From Tubiluchus corallicola (taxonomy: Eukaryota > Animalia > Priapulida): a stretch of 64,000 bases of DNA. Positions 1-11,900 of this stretch are shown piece by piece. The position numbers were made by a program, and so were the translations under genes. The stretch is from contig JAQGDQ010000872.1 of NCBI GenBank assembly GCA_030141605.1, forward strand, positions 1-64,000, written 5' to 3'. The notes under the pieces are model-generated. The model had not been told where the DNA came from and did not search any database. It was given only the letters and a program-made list of their open reading frames with translations. Every line of letters starts with the position of its first letter. The stretch's first letter is position 1.

Positions 1-1
1 C

Positions 2-241
2 ACCTACGTCAAGGGAGCAGAGATGTACGATTTCGTCAAAAAACATCTCCCCAAAAATCGCGTGGTCATACGCGTAGAGCATCTGGAAAGCGAGCACCCG
101 CCGCCCGCCATACGTTGGCAGAGCAACGGACGAGGCAGAGCGATTCGGGCGTCCGAAACGATTGCCAACTACGTTCTAACGTGTCAGTCCAAACGGTCAA
201 CATCGTCGCCACGGCTTCGTTCTCGCAGCGCTTCGATCTGA
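2..241 (+). CDS. 3' end of an ORF starting upstream of the window; resembles a small accessory protein of invertebrate Polintons
   Basis: Frame +2 is open from base 2: TYVKGAEMYDFVKKHLPKNRVVIRVEHLESEHPPP...; it resembles, from memory, the IYVKGxEKxxFL..V.NLE pattern of Polinton accessory ORFs. Confidence 0.45.
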   Translation, partial: TYVKGAEMYDFVKKHLPKNRVVIRVEHLESEHPPPAIRWQSNGRGRAIRASETIANYVLTCQSKRSTSSPRLRSRSASI

Positions 242-765
242 ACGAACTCCGGCGGAGAACGGGCGGAAGACGCTACGAAAGGAAACCGCAAATGCTTCTG
301 CTAAAGCGACTGGGCGGGACGCTGATGATTTTTGCCTCCGGCTCCGTGGTGGCCAACGGTTTTTCGGACGAAAAAGTACTACGCAATGCGATCGAAGAAC
401 TCTCGGAAGGTCTCGGACTGACGCCCGCCGACGGGATCGCAATTCGCACCATCACCGCCAGAGCCAAAATTCGCTGCAGATTGAAACTGGGTGCACTGTA
501 CGAAGAACTCGTTCGTCCTTCGACGCATTCTTTTAGAGAAGTGTTTTACGAAGTGGAACTATTTCCCAAACTAACTTGCAAATGCGAGCAAATTACTCTG
601 AACATTTTTCACACCGGAAGCATAATAATGATGGGCGGGACAAAGGTCGAGGATTTCTCTCGCGTTTTCCGCAAATTTAAGGAATTCGTTTTTAACAACA
701 ATAACGTTTGTCTGTATCGCATCGACGACGACAATCCATGTACTCGCTCGTTGTCATTAGTGTAG
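115..765 (+). CDS. Divergent TATA-box-binding protein (TBP)-fold protein, intronless; true start uncertain
   Basis: Two TBP saddle repeats: NIVATASF..FDL...LMIFASGSVVANG and ...FYEVELFPKL...LNIFHTGSIIMMG. Frame +1 is open from base 1 with no ATG until 292. AATAAA at 914-919. Confidence 0.85.
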   Translation: MAEQRTRQSDSGVRNDCQLRSNVSVQTVNIVATASFSQRFDLNELRRRTGGRRYERKPQMLLLKRLGGTLMIFASGSVVANGFSDEKVLRNAIEELSEGLGLTPADGIAIRTITARAKIRCRLKLGALYEELVRPSTHSFREVFYEVELFPKLTCKCEQITLNIFHTGSIIMMGGTKVEDFSRVFRKFKEFVFNNNNVCLYRIDDDNPCTRSLSLV

Positions 766-1457
766 TTTTACTGTAATTTTGCGTAATTTGTGTAATTTGC
801 GAAAAAAACGTAAAATGTAGAACTATCATGTCACCATAATAATAATAATAATCTAGTTTTAGCACGTATGTATTTTGTATAAAAAATGTAAAAAAAATTT
901 TTTGTAATCCATCAATAAAAAAAGATTTGTGAAAATGCATTTATCGAACTTTGGCGTTTGAAATAAATCTCCACACGCACACACACGTGCACACACACAC
1001 ACACACACACATCTAAACCCGCGAGAGAAGTGGTCGCGGAAAAGGGAGGGCACCCGAGAGAGAGAAGTGGTCGCGGAAAAGGGCCGGCACTGCGCGAGTG
1101 GCGGGAAAAAGATTTCCCTCATTGCCTGCAGTGGACGATTCCACGCGACGGAGGGGTGGGTTGCAGGGGGGGGGTGTCCCCGACCCCCGGGACGGACGTT
1201 TGCACGCGGCGGAGGGGTGGCAGGGGCTCCCCAATTAGCGCCAATTAGCGCCAATTAGCACTAATTAGTCCTCGGCGGGAACTCCACTTCTCCCTTTTTC
1301 TTCGTTTGAGGCGCTTTTTACCTCGTTTCACACACTTTCACACGCTTTCGCGCGCTTTCACACGCTTTCACACGCTTTCGCACACTTTCGCGCGCTTTCG
1401 AGCGGTTTCGCGCGGTTTAAAATGGGGCGTCAAAAAAAGAAGCCATCCAGGGGCCAG

Positions 1458-1499
1458 GGGTCAATGAACTTTGGTCACGTGACCTAGAGTTCAAGGTCA
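1458..1499 (+). promoter_or_regulatory. Cluster of nuclear-receptor half-sites and an E-box in the candidate TIR
   Basis: GGGTCAaTGAACT (IR1, 1458-1470); TGGTCAcgTGACCT (palindrome containing GTCACGTGAC, 1472-1485); AGTTCAAGGTCA (DR0 containing TCAAGGTCA, 1488-1499). Confidence 0.45.
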
Positions 1500-2130
1500 T
1501 TCGATCCAAATGAAGCCATGCGGGAGGGAAAAAATGGAAAATTTTTACCTCGTTTCACACGCCTTTTCTTCGTTTTTCTTTGTTTTTCGCGCTTTTTCGT
1601 CGATTTCGGTCACGTGCGCACTTTCACACGGGTTTTCACACTTTTTTAGGGGTTTTCCCGGATTTTCGCACTTTTTTAGGGGTGTTTTTCCCCACCCCCC
1701 CGGGGAAATCCCCACCCCCCCGGGAAATCGGCCAGAGGTGTAACATCTATCCTACTGGCCTAAAATCTTAAACATTTCACTAGTTCAAATTCCGCGGAGC
1801 CATAATCAGATGTTGGTAAACATTCTAATATATCAGGTGTTGCAAAAAACGTGCCCAAATTTTTATTATGATTTTATAAAAATTAAATAAAGGAATTTCA
1901 TGAAAATTAACACACTGATGCTGCATACCAAACTAATTAATACGTGACTAATGCTACCTGCCTCCCTTTGTTTTAACATCATTTTGTATACCATACATAT
2001 TTAAACTATAATTAGTTCAGTTAGATGCTTCAGTTAAATGACTCACACTTTCTGTTTTTTGTTTGCTCAAGCACAAGCCTAGTAAAATATTCTACGCTTA
2101 TTTAATGAGTGCGTTTTCTTAATTCCCTGA

Positions 2131-2443
<313 letters not shown>

Positions 2444-2513
2444 TATGCACTTATTGTGAAGTCCTCTGCTCTAATTTTCATAACATGAAATTCATAAAAA
2501 GAAACGACAATTT

Positions 2514-3629
2514 TCAAGAGGAATTGTTCCAGAGCATGCTTGAAAACCAGCGTTCCTCAAATCCAGTTGGGCAATGTTGAGCGTCTTCATCTTCATTATC
2601 CTGGTGTCTTTCGTTTGCTATTGCGTGCTGTACACTTTCAATAAATGCCTCACCGACTTTCGCTTTCAAATCTACGAGTTTCTCGTCTATCTCGTCTAAA
2701 CTGGACTTGTGCTTGTGCACCGCAAACGAGCCGCAAGGGGGCGCATAAATACGTAGTAGCAACTTTGCGCGAAGAAGACATATGCATCTGATCTTATTTG
2801 CTACAGTTTCTGAATTCATAGCAGCTTCAGTGCAAGTCTCGGTATTTGAAAGAATTGGCCGTTTCTTGAGCTTCTCGTGATTAGAGAGACTTTTGCAGTT
2901 TAATTTGCAGCGCAAACTTTCATCGACTTGGCTTCTGCTTGAACTAAACGCTTGGCATTCTGGGAGATCACACAGCACAGTATTGGCAGAGTTGGTAATA
3001 CTTTCATTGCTGCTGTCTGCAGAGATGTCAGCAGTAGCGATTTTGTCACAAACAGCTGCAAAGTCGCCTGCTAAATATCCAGCTTGGCAGATCTTTTTTT
3101 CTGAACAATTCTTACTATGCATTTCATACATTGAAGCAAGCTTTGACCAGTACGCATGATTCGTTGTACATAAAGAAATACACTGTTGCACCAGTAAAAT
3201 GCACTCAATGTAGTTATTGGTGGCTAGATGCACTTCATATAATAACCATTTAGCACTGAGTACCTGTTGCGTAGTCTTTGCTTCATCAAGCAACTTTATT
3301 GCAATCTGCAAAGCCGCTTCCATGTCATTACGCAAGGCAATTTTGCATCTGACAAGGCCATCAAGCATAATTCTGGTCTGAGGAGCAGTAGCATCATCTG
3401 AGCCAAGAAGGACCAGGCCAGCCTGATAATTTTCAATGGCTTCTCCATATTTTTGCTGTTTGTAAAAGAAATCACCTCGATGTTTGCAAGTGGTGAAAGA
3501 GTTACCACTCTCAGGGCGAAGAAACCAGGTTGGCTCAGACAGTTTAGCGTTATATGAAGTTACTTTTGTCGTAGATTTCTTCTTGACTCCGCTGAATATA
3601 GAGTCATCGAAAACTCCAAAATCCATCAT
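2514..3629 (-). CDS. C8orf76: C8orf76-like TPR-containing protein, uninterrupted 371-aa ORF
   Basis: Motifs FDDSIF, SYNAKLSEPTWF, KHRGDFFYKQQKYGEAIENY, WSKLASMY and C-terminal FEERWF parallel vertebrate C8orf76 (FEDSVF, SYCAKLCEPQWF, KFKGDLAYRRQEY, FEDKWF). Confidence 0.8.
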   Translation of the reverse strand: MMDFGVFDDSIFSGVKKKSTTKVTSYNAKLSEPTWFLRPESGNSFTTCKHRGDFFYKQQKYGEAIENYQAGLVLLGSDDATAPQTRIMLDGLVRCKIALRNDMEAALQIAIKLLDEAKTTQQVLSAKWLLYEVHLATNNYIECILLVQQCISLCTTNHAYWSKLASMYEMHSKNCSEKKICQAGYLAGDFAAVCDKIATADISADSSNESITNSANTVLCDLPECQAFSSSRSQVDESLRCKLNCKSLSNHEKLKKRPILSNTETCTEAAMNSETVANKIRCICLLRAKLLLRIYAPPCGSFAVHKHKSSLDEIDEKLVDLKAKVGEAFIESVQHAIANERHQDNEDEDAQHCPTGFEERWFSSMLWNNSS

Positions 3630-4017
3630 TTTTCTTTTTCATAAATGTAACAGCGGTTGACTCAGCATCTGCGTGTCTCTTGGCAGCAATAGAAAAATGT
3701 CTAGCACTAGCAGCCAATGACAGGAAGCATTACAAACCACTTCTGCAGAACAATAAGTCTTTTAGAAAACTTTATTATGCTAATTAGTCTTACTTTAGTT
3801 GAGTCAAAACACAGTTAGTGTAATTTATTAGAACTAGTAGTAATAAAATTTAATTTTCTGATGGGTTAGTAACATAACATAAAACATTATTTAGTTAAAA
3901 TAGCAATTTTCCGACGATAACTAACAAAAATGCTTATTGGAACATCGTCTATTATGCATATTATCACGTTTTACTCCATTATAATGTGCTTAATTATGAC
4001 CTTTTGGGACACCCAGA

Positions 4018-4544
<527 letters not shown>

Positions 4545-5207
4545 CCCCAGACTATTAAAAAGTGTGGGCTCACCTCAGACGTATACGTAGTCACCCTTTA
4601 ACTCACACACCTCATGTCTCCAATATTTTTTATTCACGAAAGGTTTCTGACAAGGCAACAATACCAAATATAGGCCAAGCAAGAAAATGGGGCTGAAATT
4701 TACAATTTCCACACACAAGAAATTAGTTCGTAAAACGGATTAGGATTTGGGTTGGGGTGAGGGCTAGGGTTTTTGAATGATGGGGGGGGGATTGTATACT
4801 CCTTCCGAAAATGGAATATTGAAAAAACAAAATATTGAAAAGATTGTTGCTGCTGCTGTTTAGTGCATAAAACTTCAAATCATAAACAGTCGAACTTTGA
4901 AGTCTGTTTCTTTTTAATATTTATTTAAATTTTACAAAATATTGAGCACATAACGTAAACAACACAAGAAAGCTCACACATACAAGTGTAAATTCCATTG
5001 AGCAGAAAAATACAGTCAAACCTCATTATAATGCCCTCCTAAAAATGCCAACCTCACTTAATGCTCATATTTTTGGTGAAACAAAATGTTCTCTATATAT
5101 ATGTGTGTATAGACATATCTACATGTATGTATTAATGCATCTCATTATAAAACGAAACTCGTTTAATGCCAACTCTTTTTTCACAGTCCCAATGTAGGTG
5201 ACATAAA

Positions 5208-5580
5208 CCGGGGCGTATGAACCAATACGCTAACTAGGATATAGCCTAGGGTGCCAACATTTGAGGGGCGTCACATTATAGAAAAAATTCTTATTCTCCT
5301 CGGAAAATATGTAAACTTTCATATTCATGTAGAGGATTCATTTTATAACACACCACAGGCAGTTACTGAGAGCAGGTTTTATATAAGTGCCGCATAACGA
5401 ACAAGGGAAAGCAAGCAGTTGAGCAGCCTGCTTGAATATATGCATTATGCAAATACAAGTAATTAACAATGACCACGTACAAACTAGGTTAATAGTGTTT
5501 CGAATACACCACAAGTAATTGTTTAATCTAATCGATACATGAGCAATCATAAATTCACAACAGAGGTGGGCGGGACAGAA
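5208..5580. mobile_element. Dispersed repeat (hAT-like MITE fragment); inverted homolog at ~56985-57368
   Basis: Long reverse-complement similarity, e.g. CACCACAAGTAATTGTTTAATCT vs AGATTAAACAATTACTTGTGGTG. Confidence 0.65.
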
Positions 5581-5861
5581 CGTAGCGTCTTGATACGCTC
5601 AAGAGGAGGTCTGAGTGTGTTAATAAAAACACAACAATTGCATTAAAGATAAAAAATGTAAATACTCTGAAATTTCTGTTAAAATTATCACATGAAATAA
5701 ATGCAACAAAATTGGAAATAAAAATAAACGAATATATATAAATCACTTGCTCTAAATCACACTAACACACTAGTTATGACTTATTTGTTAAACAACAGTG
5801 ATTCCTGAAAAGCAGGAAGTCACTTTTTTGCTTACTTGTACCAAAGCTAATGTGTCTCAAG

Positions 5862-8017
5862 CAATGGCAGCTCATGTATAGGCACTGTGGAACTGCAGCA
5901 CCACCTATTTTCATTTGATATTATCGATAACATTCAATATAATGAGTATTTTCTCTTTATACTTGGAACATTATATAATCCTTAAGCTTAATGTCAGTAG
6001 CCATTCTCTAGTTCATGAAACAATTAGAAAAATCATTTTATTCTCAGTTCCAATGATGCGGTGATTGGCTGTTGTGCGCATGCGGCCATGACCACATGTC
6101 TGACGTAAGAAAAATCATTTTATTCTCAGTTCCAATGATGCGGTGATTGGCTGTTGTGCGCATGCGGCCATGACCACATGTCTGACGTAAGAAGCTGCAC
6201 GATAAATATATATAGAGAGAGTGCTTTGTCGCTCACATAGTTAAAGTTGTGCAAGTGTAAGGTAAAGAGTTGTGCAAGTGTAAGGTAAAGTGTTGTGCAA
6301 GTGTAAGGTAGAATTGTGCAAGTGTAAGGTAAAGAGTTGTGCAAGTGTAAGGTAGAGTTGTGCAAGTGTAAGGTAAAGAGTTGTGCAAGTGTAAGGTAAA
6401 GTTGTGCAAGTGTAAGGTAGAGTTGCGCAAGTGTAAGGTAAAGAGTTGTGCAAGTGTAAGGTAGAGTTGTGCAAGTGCAAGGTAAAGAGTTGTGCAAGTG
6501 TAAGGTAAAGAGTTGTGCAAGTGTAAGGTAGAATTGTGCAAGTGTAAGGTAAAGAGTTGTGCAAGTGTAAGGTAGAGTTGTGCAAGTGTAAGGTAAAGAG
6601 TTGTGCAAGTGTAAGGTAAAGTTGTGCAAGTGTAAGGTAGAGTTGCGCAAGTGTAAGGTAAAGAGTTGTGCAAGTGTAAGGTAGAGTTGTGCAAGTGCAA
6701 GGTAAAGAGTTGTGCAAGTGTAAGGTAAAGAGTTGTGCAAGTGTAAGGTAGAATTGTGCAAGTGTAAGGTAAAGAGTTGTGCAAGTGTAAGGTAGAGTTG
6801 TGCAAGTGTAAGGTAAAGAGTTGTGCAAGTGTAAGGTAAAGTTGTGCAAGTGTAAGGTAGAGTTGCGCAAGTGTAAGGTAAAGAGTTGTGCAAGTGTAAG
6901 GTAGAGTTGTGCAAGTGCAAGGTAAAGAGTTGTGCAAGTGTAAGGTAAAGAGTTGTGCAAGTGTAAGGTAGAATTGTGCAAGTGTAAGGTAAAGAGTTGT
7001 GCAAGTGTAAGGTAGAGTTGTGCAAGTGTAAGGTAAAGAGTTGTGCAAGTGTAAGGTAAAGTTGTGCAAGTGTAAGGTAGAGTTGCGCAAGTGTAAGGTA
7101 AAGAGTTGTGCAAGTGTAAGGTAGAGTTGTGCAAGTGCAAGGTAAAGAGTTGTGCAAGTGTAAGGTAAAGAGTTGTGCAAGTGTAAGGTAGAATTGTGCA
7201 AGTGTAAGGTAAAGAGTTGTGCAAGTGTAAGGTAGAGTTGTGCAAGTGTAAGGTAAAGAGTTGTCCAAGTGTAAGGTAAAGAGTTGTGCAAGTGTAAGGT
7301 AAAAAGTTGTGCAAGTGTAAGGTAGAGTTGCGCAAGTGTAAGGTAAAGAGTTGTGCAAGTGTAAGGTAAGGAGTTGTGCAAGTGTAAGGTAAAGAGTTGT
7401 GCAAGTGTAAGGTAGAGTTGTGCAAGTGTAAGGTAAAGAGTTGTGCAAGTGTAAGGCAAAGAGTTGTGCAAGTGTAAGGTAAAGAGTTGTGCAAGTGTAA
7501 GGTAAAGAGTTGTGCATGTGTAAGCTAAAGAGTTGTGCAAGTGTAAGGTAAAGAGTTGCGCAAGTGTAAGGTAAAGAGTTGTGCAAGTGTAAGGTAGAGT
7601 TGTGCAAGTGTAAGGTAGAGTTGTGCAAGTGTAAGGTAAAGAGTTGTGCAAGTGTAAGGTAGAGTTGTGCAAGTGTAAGGTAAAGAGTTGCGCAAGTGTA
7701 AGGTAACAGTCATCCAGAGGTCAAGGAGAAAATTATTAATCTTTTTTGCACAAAGTAAGAAAAGAGGAATGGATTTCGTTTTAAAACGAGTGGATCAAGC
7801 ACGAACTGTAACAATTTAGCCTGTCAGTAAGTGAAAATCATTTTCTGCCTACAATTTTATCAAGTTTGTGTATAAATTTTCGTATGTTTGTTTGCTTAAA
7901 ATTACAATTACAACATTAAAATCACGTATGTTTGTTTCGTTTTCAACAATATTAAAACAATGGCAAAAAAATATCTGAAGCAGCACCCCCGGTAATTTTA
8001 ACTATGAGCTGCCACAG
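5862..8017 (+). mobile_element. hAT MITE copy (family of 21108-21609) expanded by a minisatellite
   Basis: Ends CAATGGCAGCTC / GAGCTGCCACAG; subterminal sequences match the intact copy at 21108-21609; internal 82-bp duplication at ~6027-6192. Confidence 0.75.
6244..7705. repeat. 21/23-bp minisatellite with a 220-bp higher-order period
   Basis: Unit GTTGTGCAAGTGTAAGGTA(AA)GA; the variant GAATTGTG recurs at 6311, 6531, 6751, 6971 and 7191. Confidence 0.95.
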
Positions 8018-8267
8018 GACTATCAAGTAAACAGCTGATGGTCTCACACACAATCTGTTGTACTGAACTTACTGACTGTAAACAATCATTAATATCATTA
8101 ATATACAGGAATATTTGACACAGTAAATAAATAAATGCATTAACGGAATGTAACACCTGAATCCATTATTCGGGTGGCCGAATTTATGTTAATTATACAC
8201 ATATTTCTAAACCTAATAACACTGCAAGTAAAACTGCAAACTAGATCATATCTAACATCAGTAATAC

Positions 8268-8892
8268 AGTAAACTATTTATAACTCGACCTGTTATAACT
8301 TGAATTATGTTGAACAGATCTCCTGGAAGGGATTTTTCCTTTCATTTTTCTCTTTAACAAACATCGCGTAACTCAAAATCTGTATCTCGAATTATCACGT
8401 AACTCAAACCGAATTTCCGGAAAATTTTTTTAGAATCTAACTGAAATTACATCGCCTGTTTCGAATAACTTCCCAAGCAAGAAATTCTATGCGAAAGTGT
8501 GCATGACATTACGACTTTAACTGCTAATTTCAACAAAGTTGCTAAGATTTCTTGTATTGCCTTAGCTGAACTACGCACGACATGGCTTAACAAACATTGT
8601 TTAATGTAGAATTGTAGATCACAATCTTATTATTGCCGAATTCTATTAACCATGCTGCTCAGACTAGAGGTGGACCAGTCATTTTACCGTTCGATTATTC
8701 ATAAAAATTGTTGATTGGTATTTGATTAAAAGCTCAGTTTTTTACGTTCACAGGATGTAGGGTTACTAGTGTATTGTCCAACACTGATGAGTGACTCAAT
8801 CTTGTTTTCTAACGAACACTGTCGAACTCGTAACGTCACACAACTTGAACAAATTTTCCGGCAGACGTGTTCTAGGTATATGCAGTTTACTG
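8268..8892. mobile_element. Tc1/mariner (pogo/Tigger-like) MITE
   Basis: TA|CAGTAAACT...AGTTTACTG|TA; body is an inverted homolog of 15422-16562. Confidence 0.75.
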
Positions 8893-8949
8893 TACTTCTA
8901 CTATCAACTAACAACAACAAAAATACAACAGTTTGAAATTGCCAGAATG

Positions 8950-11900
8950 CTATTTAGTTGCATCACATTCCTCAGCAAAACCACCCCACTTCAAGCGAAA
9001 CTTGGATCCACTTCTCCACTTTACTGTTCGATCACAGACGGCTCTTATGAAGAAAATGTACGTAGCAAATTCTCGGTACAACCAAGCGAGCAAAAAATCC
9101 AGTTTACTAAACGGCAGTGGCTCATCCTAATTGTAGAAATTTGCAATCATTTTATTGTAAAATGTACAATATTCACAGACCATAAAATTGAACAAACAGT
9201 CATACAGTTAGCAATATGATATTTTACAGTAGAAATTTTACATCCTTTCTCAATGCTGTCTCTAGATCAACTGAAACTTGCATGCCTGAGAGAATAAAGC
9301 TGTAATCACATGACCAGACATACAAGTTCCCATTGGAAGGTACATTACATTCATGCATACAGACCATAAATGGAAAGGTCACCTATACTCTGACTACTAG
9401 TTAAACCAAAATCAAAGTGTACTTGGCTTCTTTGATAGCAGAATAAAGATTATTGGTTTAGAGAAGCTGTGTTATAATGTTATAATTTTTCTCTATTTAA
9501 ACTTGAATAAGAGAGTTAGAACCAGAATTAAAGCATGAAATTAACAATCTAATTACTCTGATTAATGACTATCTATAAAAGCAAAAGGAAACAATATTTA
9601 GAAACAAAAATCAATCTCTGACAAACTTTGTACAATTAGAGTAAAACAACGACTGTAGATGGCAGCATAAACTAAATCAGTACTTTAGTGTACTACACTG
9701 ACAATTAAATGGATTACATAATACCACAATGGCGTACTCGGTACAATAAGCGACACTAATATATAATGCAAAAGCAAGCAAGGCTAAACCAATATAAAGA
9801 ATATTAAACCAATATAAAGAAATATAAAACATTGTAGATCTAGCTCTTTGACTTTTACATAAGATTGAACATGTGATTATGTCAAACCTTGGACGGCAGA
9901 AATGGGGTACAAAAATACCCCATTTAGTTATATGATTTTGTCATAAAGACACCAATACCTGTCCTCTTCTATTTCTTCATGTGGTTATTAAGAATTTGAA
10001 TGAAACTTCAATTCACTCTTGCAAAGTCCATAGCAACCAACAGTTTGTACGGTTGCTAAGTGTTTTTTAGAAATGTGACAAAAAACAATGGCTGCTCTAA
10101 CAGTGATTTGCTCAAGATTATGTTTTTCAGTGTTCAGCCTGCACCTCAACATCAACATGGATTATCTCAGCTTAGGAATAACATAGAGCGATGAACTTGG
10201 TATCACAATGATCCTCATAAAATAGAGATTCAAGATATGTGAATAACTAGAGAAGCTAAATTGCTGACTTATGAACAATTTTGTTTATATGCTGACTTCC
10301 TGGCATTTTTGCTGTGCATATATCATTGAACATGATGACTAGAGTTTCAATTTATTTTTTACTGTGACTTCATTTTAGTCTGACACTATTGAATGTATGA
10401 ATTTTTCCAAACTGGCTGAATTCCTATTTGAATATACACTCATATATCAGTTTGCCGGACCTCGATTTTATGGATATCGGGAAATTCGGACAAAACCTGG
10501 TCTGTTACAAGTTCTGCGTAATACAGACACAGTCCGACACTTACTGCATTATCTTATTATCGGAAAATACGGACAATCGGCAAATTCGGACCGACATCTC
10601 CCCGGTTTTGTCTGGCAAACCGAGATATGAGTGTAAATACATCTAAGATAAGATAAGATTTATTTTCATCGGTATGATATAAACAGTACATATTTGTAAA
10701 ACATGAGCTTAAAGCTCGTAAACCGATATCAAACATAATGTATATGAGCAATACTGTAACATGGTAATAATATGTACTTCTTAAAATCTTTTGGATGCCA
10801 CCAGAGGTATTGGTACAAGAAAAATTTATAACTACACGAAGACAGTAAAAAATTGAGACAGTAAAAATTTTAGGCAGTAACATTTTCTAAAATTTACCAA
10901 TTTATGTTTATACTGGGGCTAATATAATACTTTAGCAACACTTTACCTATACGATGTTTTCAACAATAAAAAACGTGCATAATAAATGAAGACAATTACC
11001 TGTAGTGTACGCAGCAGCAGATAATCACAGACTAACCAGACTAGTACGTGTAGCAAGTACAGGAAGAGAGGGTTACATCCCGAGAGACGTGCACATGACA
11101 AGCTGCACACCAAACCTTGTAGCAAACATTCTGACATTGGCTCCAATATCAGTATAGGAGGATACATTGTAGCTCTTAACTTTATCCATCTAGATAAACA
11201 TAGATAACAGTGACAATGAAAGTGAACTTATCGGCATGAGAATTATAGAATTCGAATCATACACAGGAAAAATTTAGACACAGACATAAATGTAAACATC
11301 TTTTAGAGGTCATATGTACTATAGATCCACAGCAAGTTGTCGCTTAACGACTCCCCGCTTAGCGACGTTTCGTTTTAACAACGATTTTTTTACACTGTTC
11401 ACATGGGGAACACCCGCTCCCCTCCCTCCCGAGTACATTTTCAAAGAGCTGGCGCCTTTTCAACAATTTAACTTTTTAGTTCACTTGTCCGATGGTCTTC
11501 AAATAATTTTGTAGAGTTGTTATTTTATTTACGTGCAGTAAATCCTCTCTTAGCGACGTTTCGGTTTTGATGACACTAATCACTTGAGACCTATTTTCGC
11601 TTAACCTCGCATGTTTCATTTTAACGACGATTTTTTCAGCCTTACTTTAAACACCAAAACCTTATTTACTGCGCTTGTACTCTATGAAGAAGCCCGCCAT
11701 TTAACCCATATCAGTGTAGCAGAAATAAACCGACAGCAGACAATCAGTTACAGCTATAGGCAAGCCACGATGATTCATTGCTTTCCCATGTTTAGATAAA
11801 ATTTTCTCGATGAAACGCAAGAGTTTCAGCTGAGAAAACTCTCTCTTGTTACATAGTTAATTGCTGTGTTCACCTCATTTGCATTTTAGCTGCCACAAAC

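Larger units (their letters stand above)
1..1756. mobile_element. Probable right end of a Polinton/Maverick (virus-like DNA transposon), including candidate TIR ~950-1756
   Basis: GC/CpG-rich intronless ORFs, then ~800 bp of non-coding, repeat-rich GC DNA that switches abruptly to AT-rich host DNA at ~1757. The terminus reads ...CTATCCTACT (revcomp AGTAGGATAG), matching the 5'-AG/AGTAG Polinton end. The upstream ORF has a YVKGxE motif. No core gene (pPolB, integrase, capsid) lies inside the window. Confidence 0.6.

Noticed and set aside
38-44. AAAAAAC slippery heptamer linking the +2 ORF to the TBP frame
   Set aside because: The heptamer is phased for frame +3, not +2, so a canonical -1 frameshift from the upstream ORF does not fit.
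6126-7713. 400-500-aa ORFs in all three minus-strand frames
   Set aside because: Artefact of a minisatellite with no stop codon on that strand.
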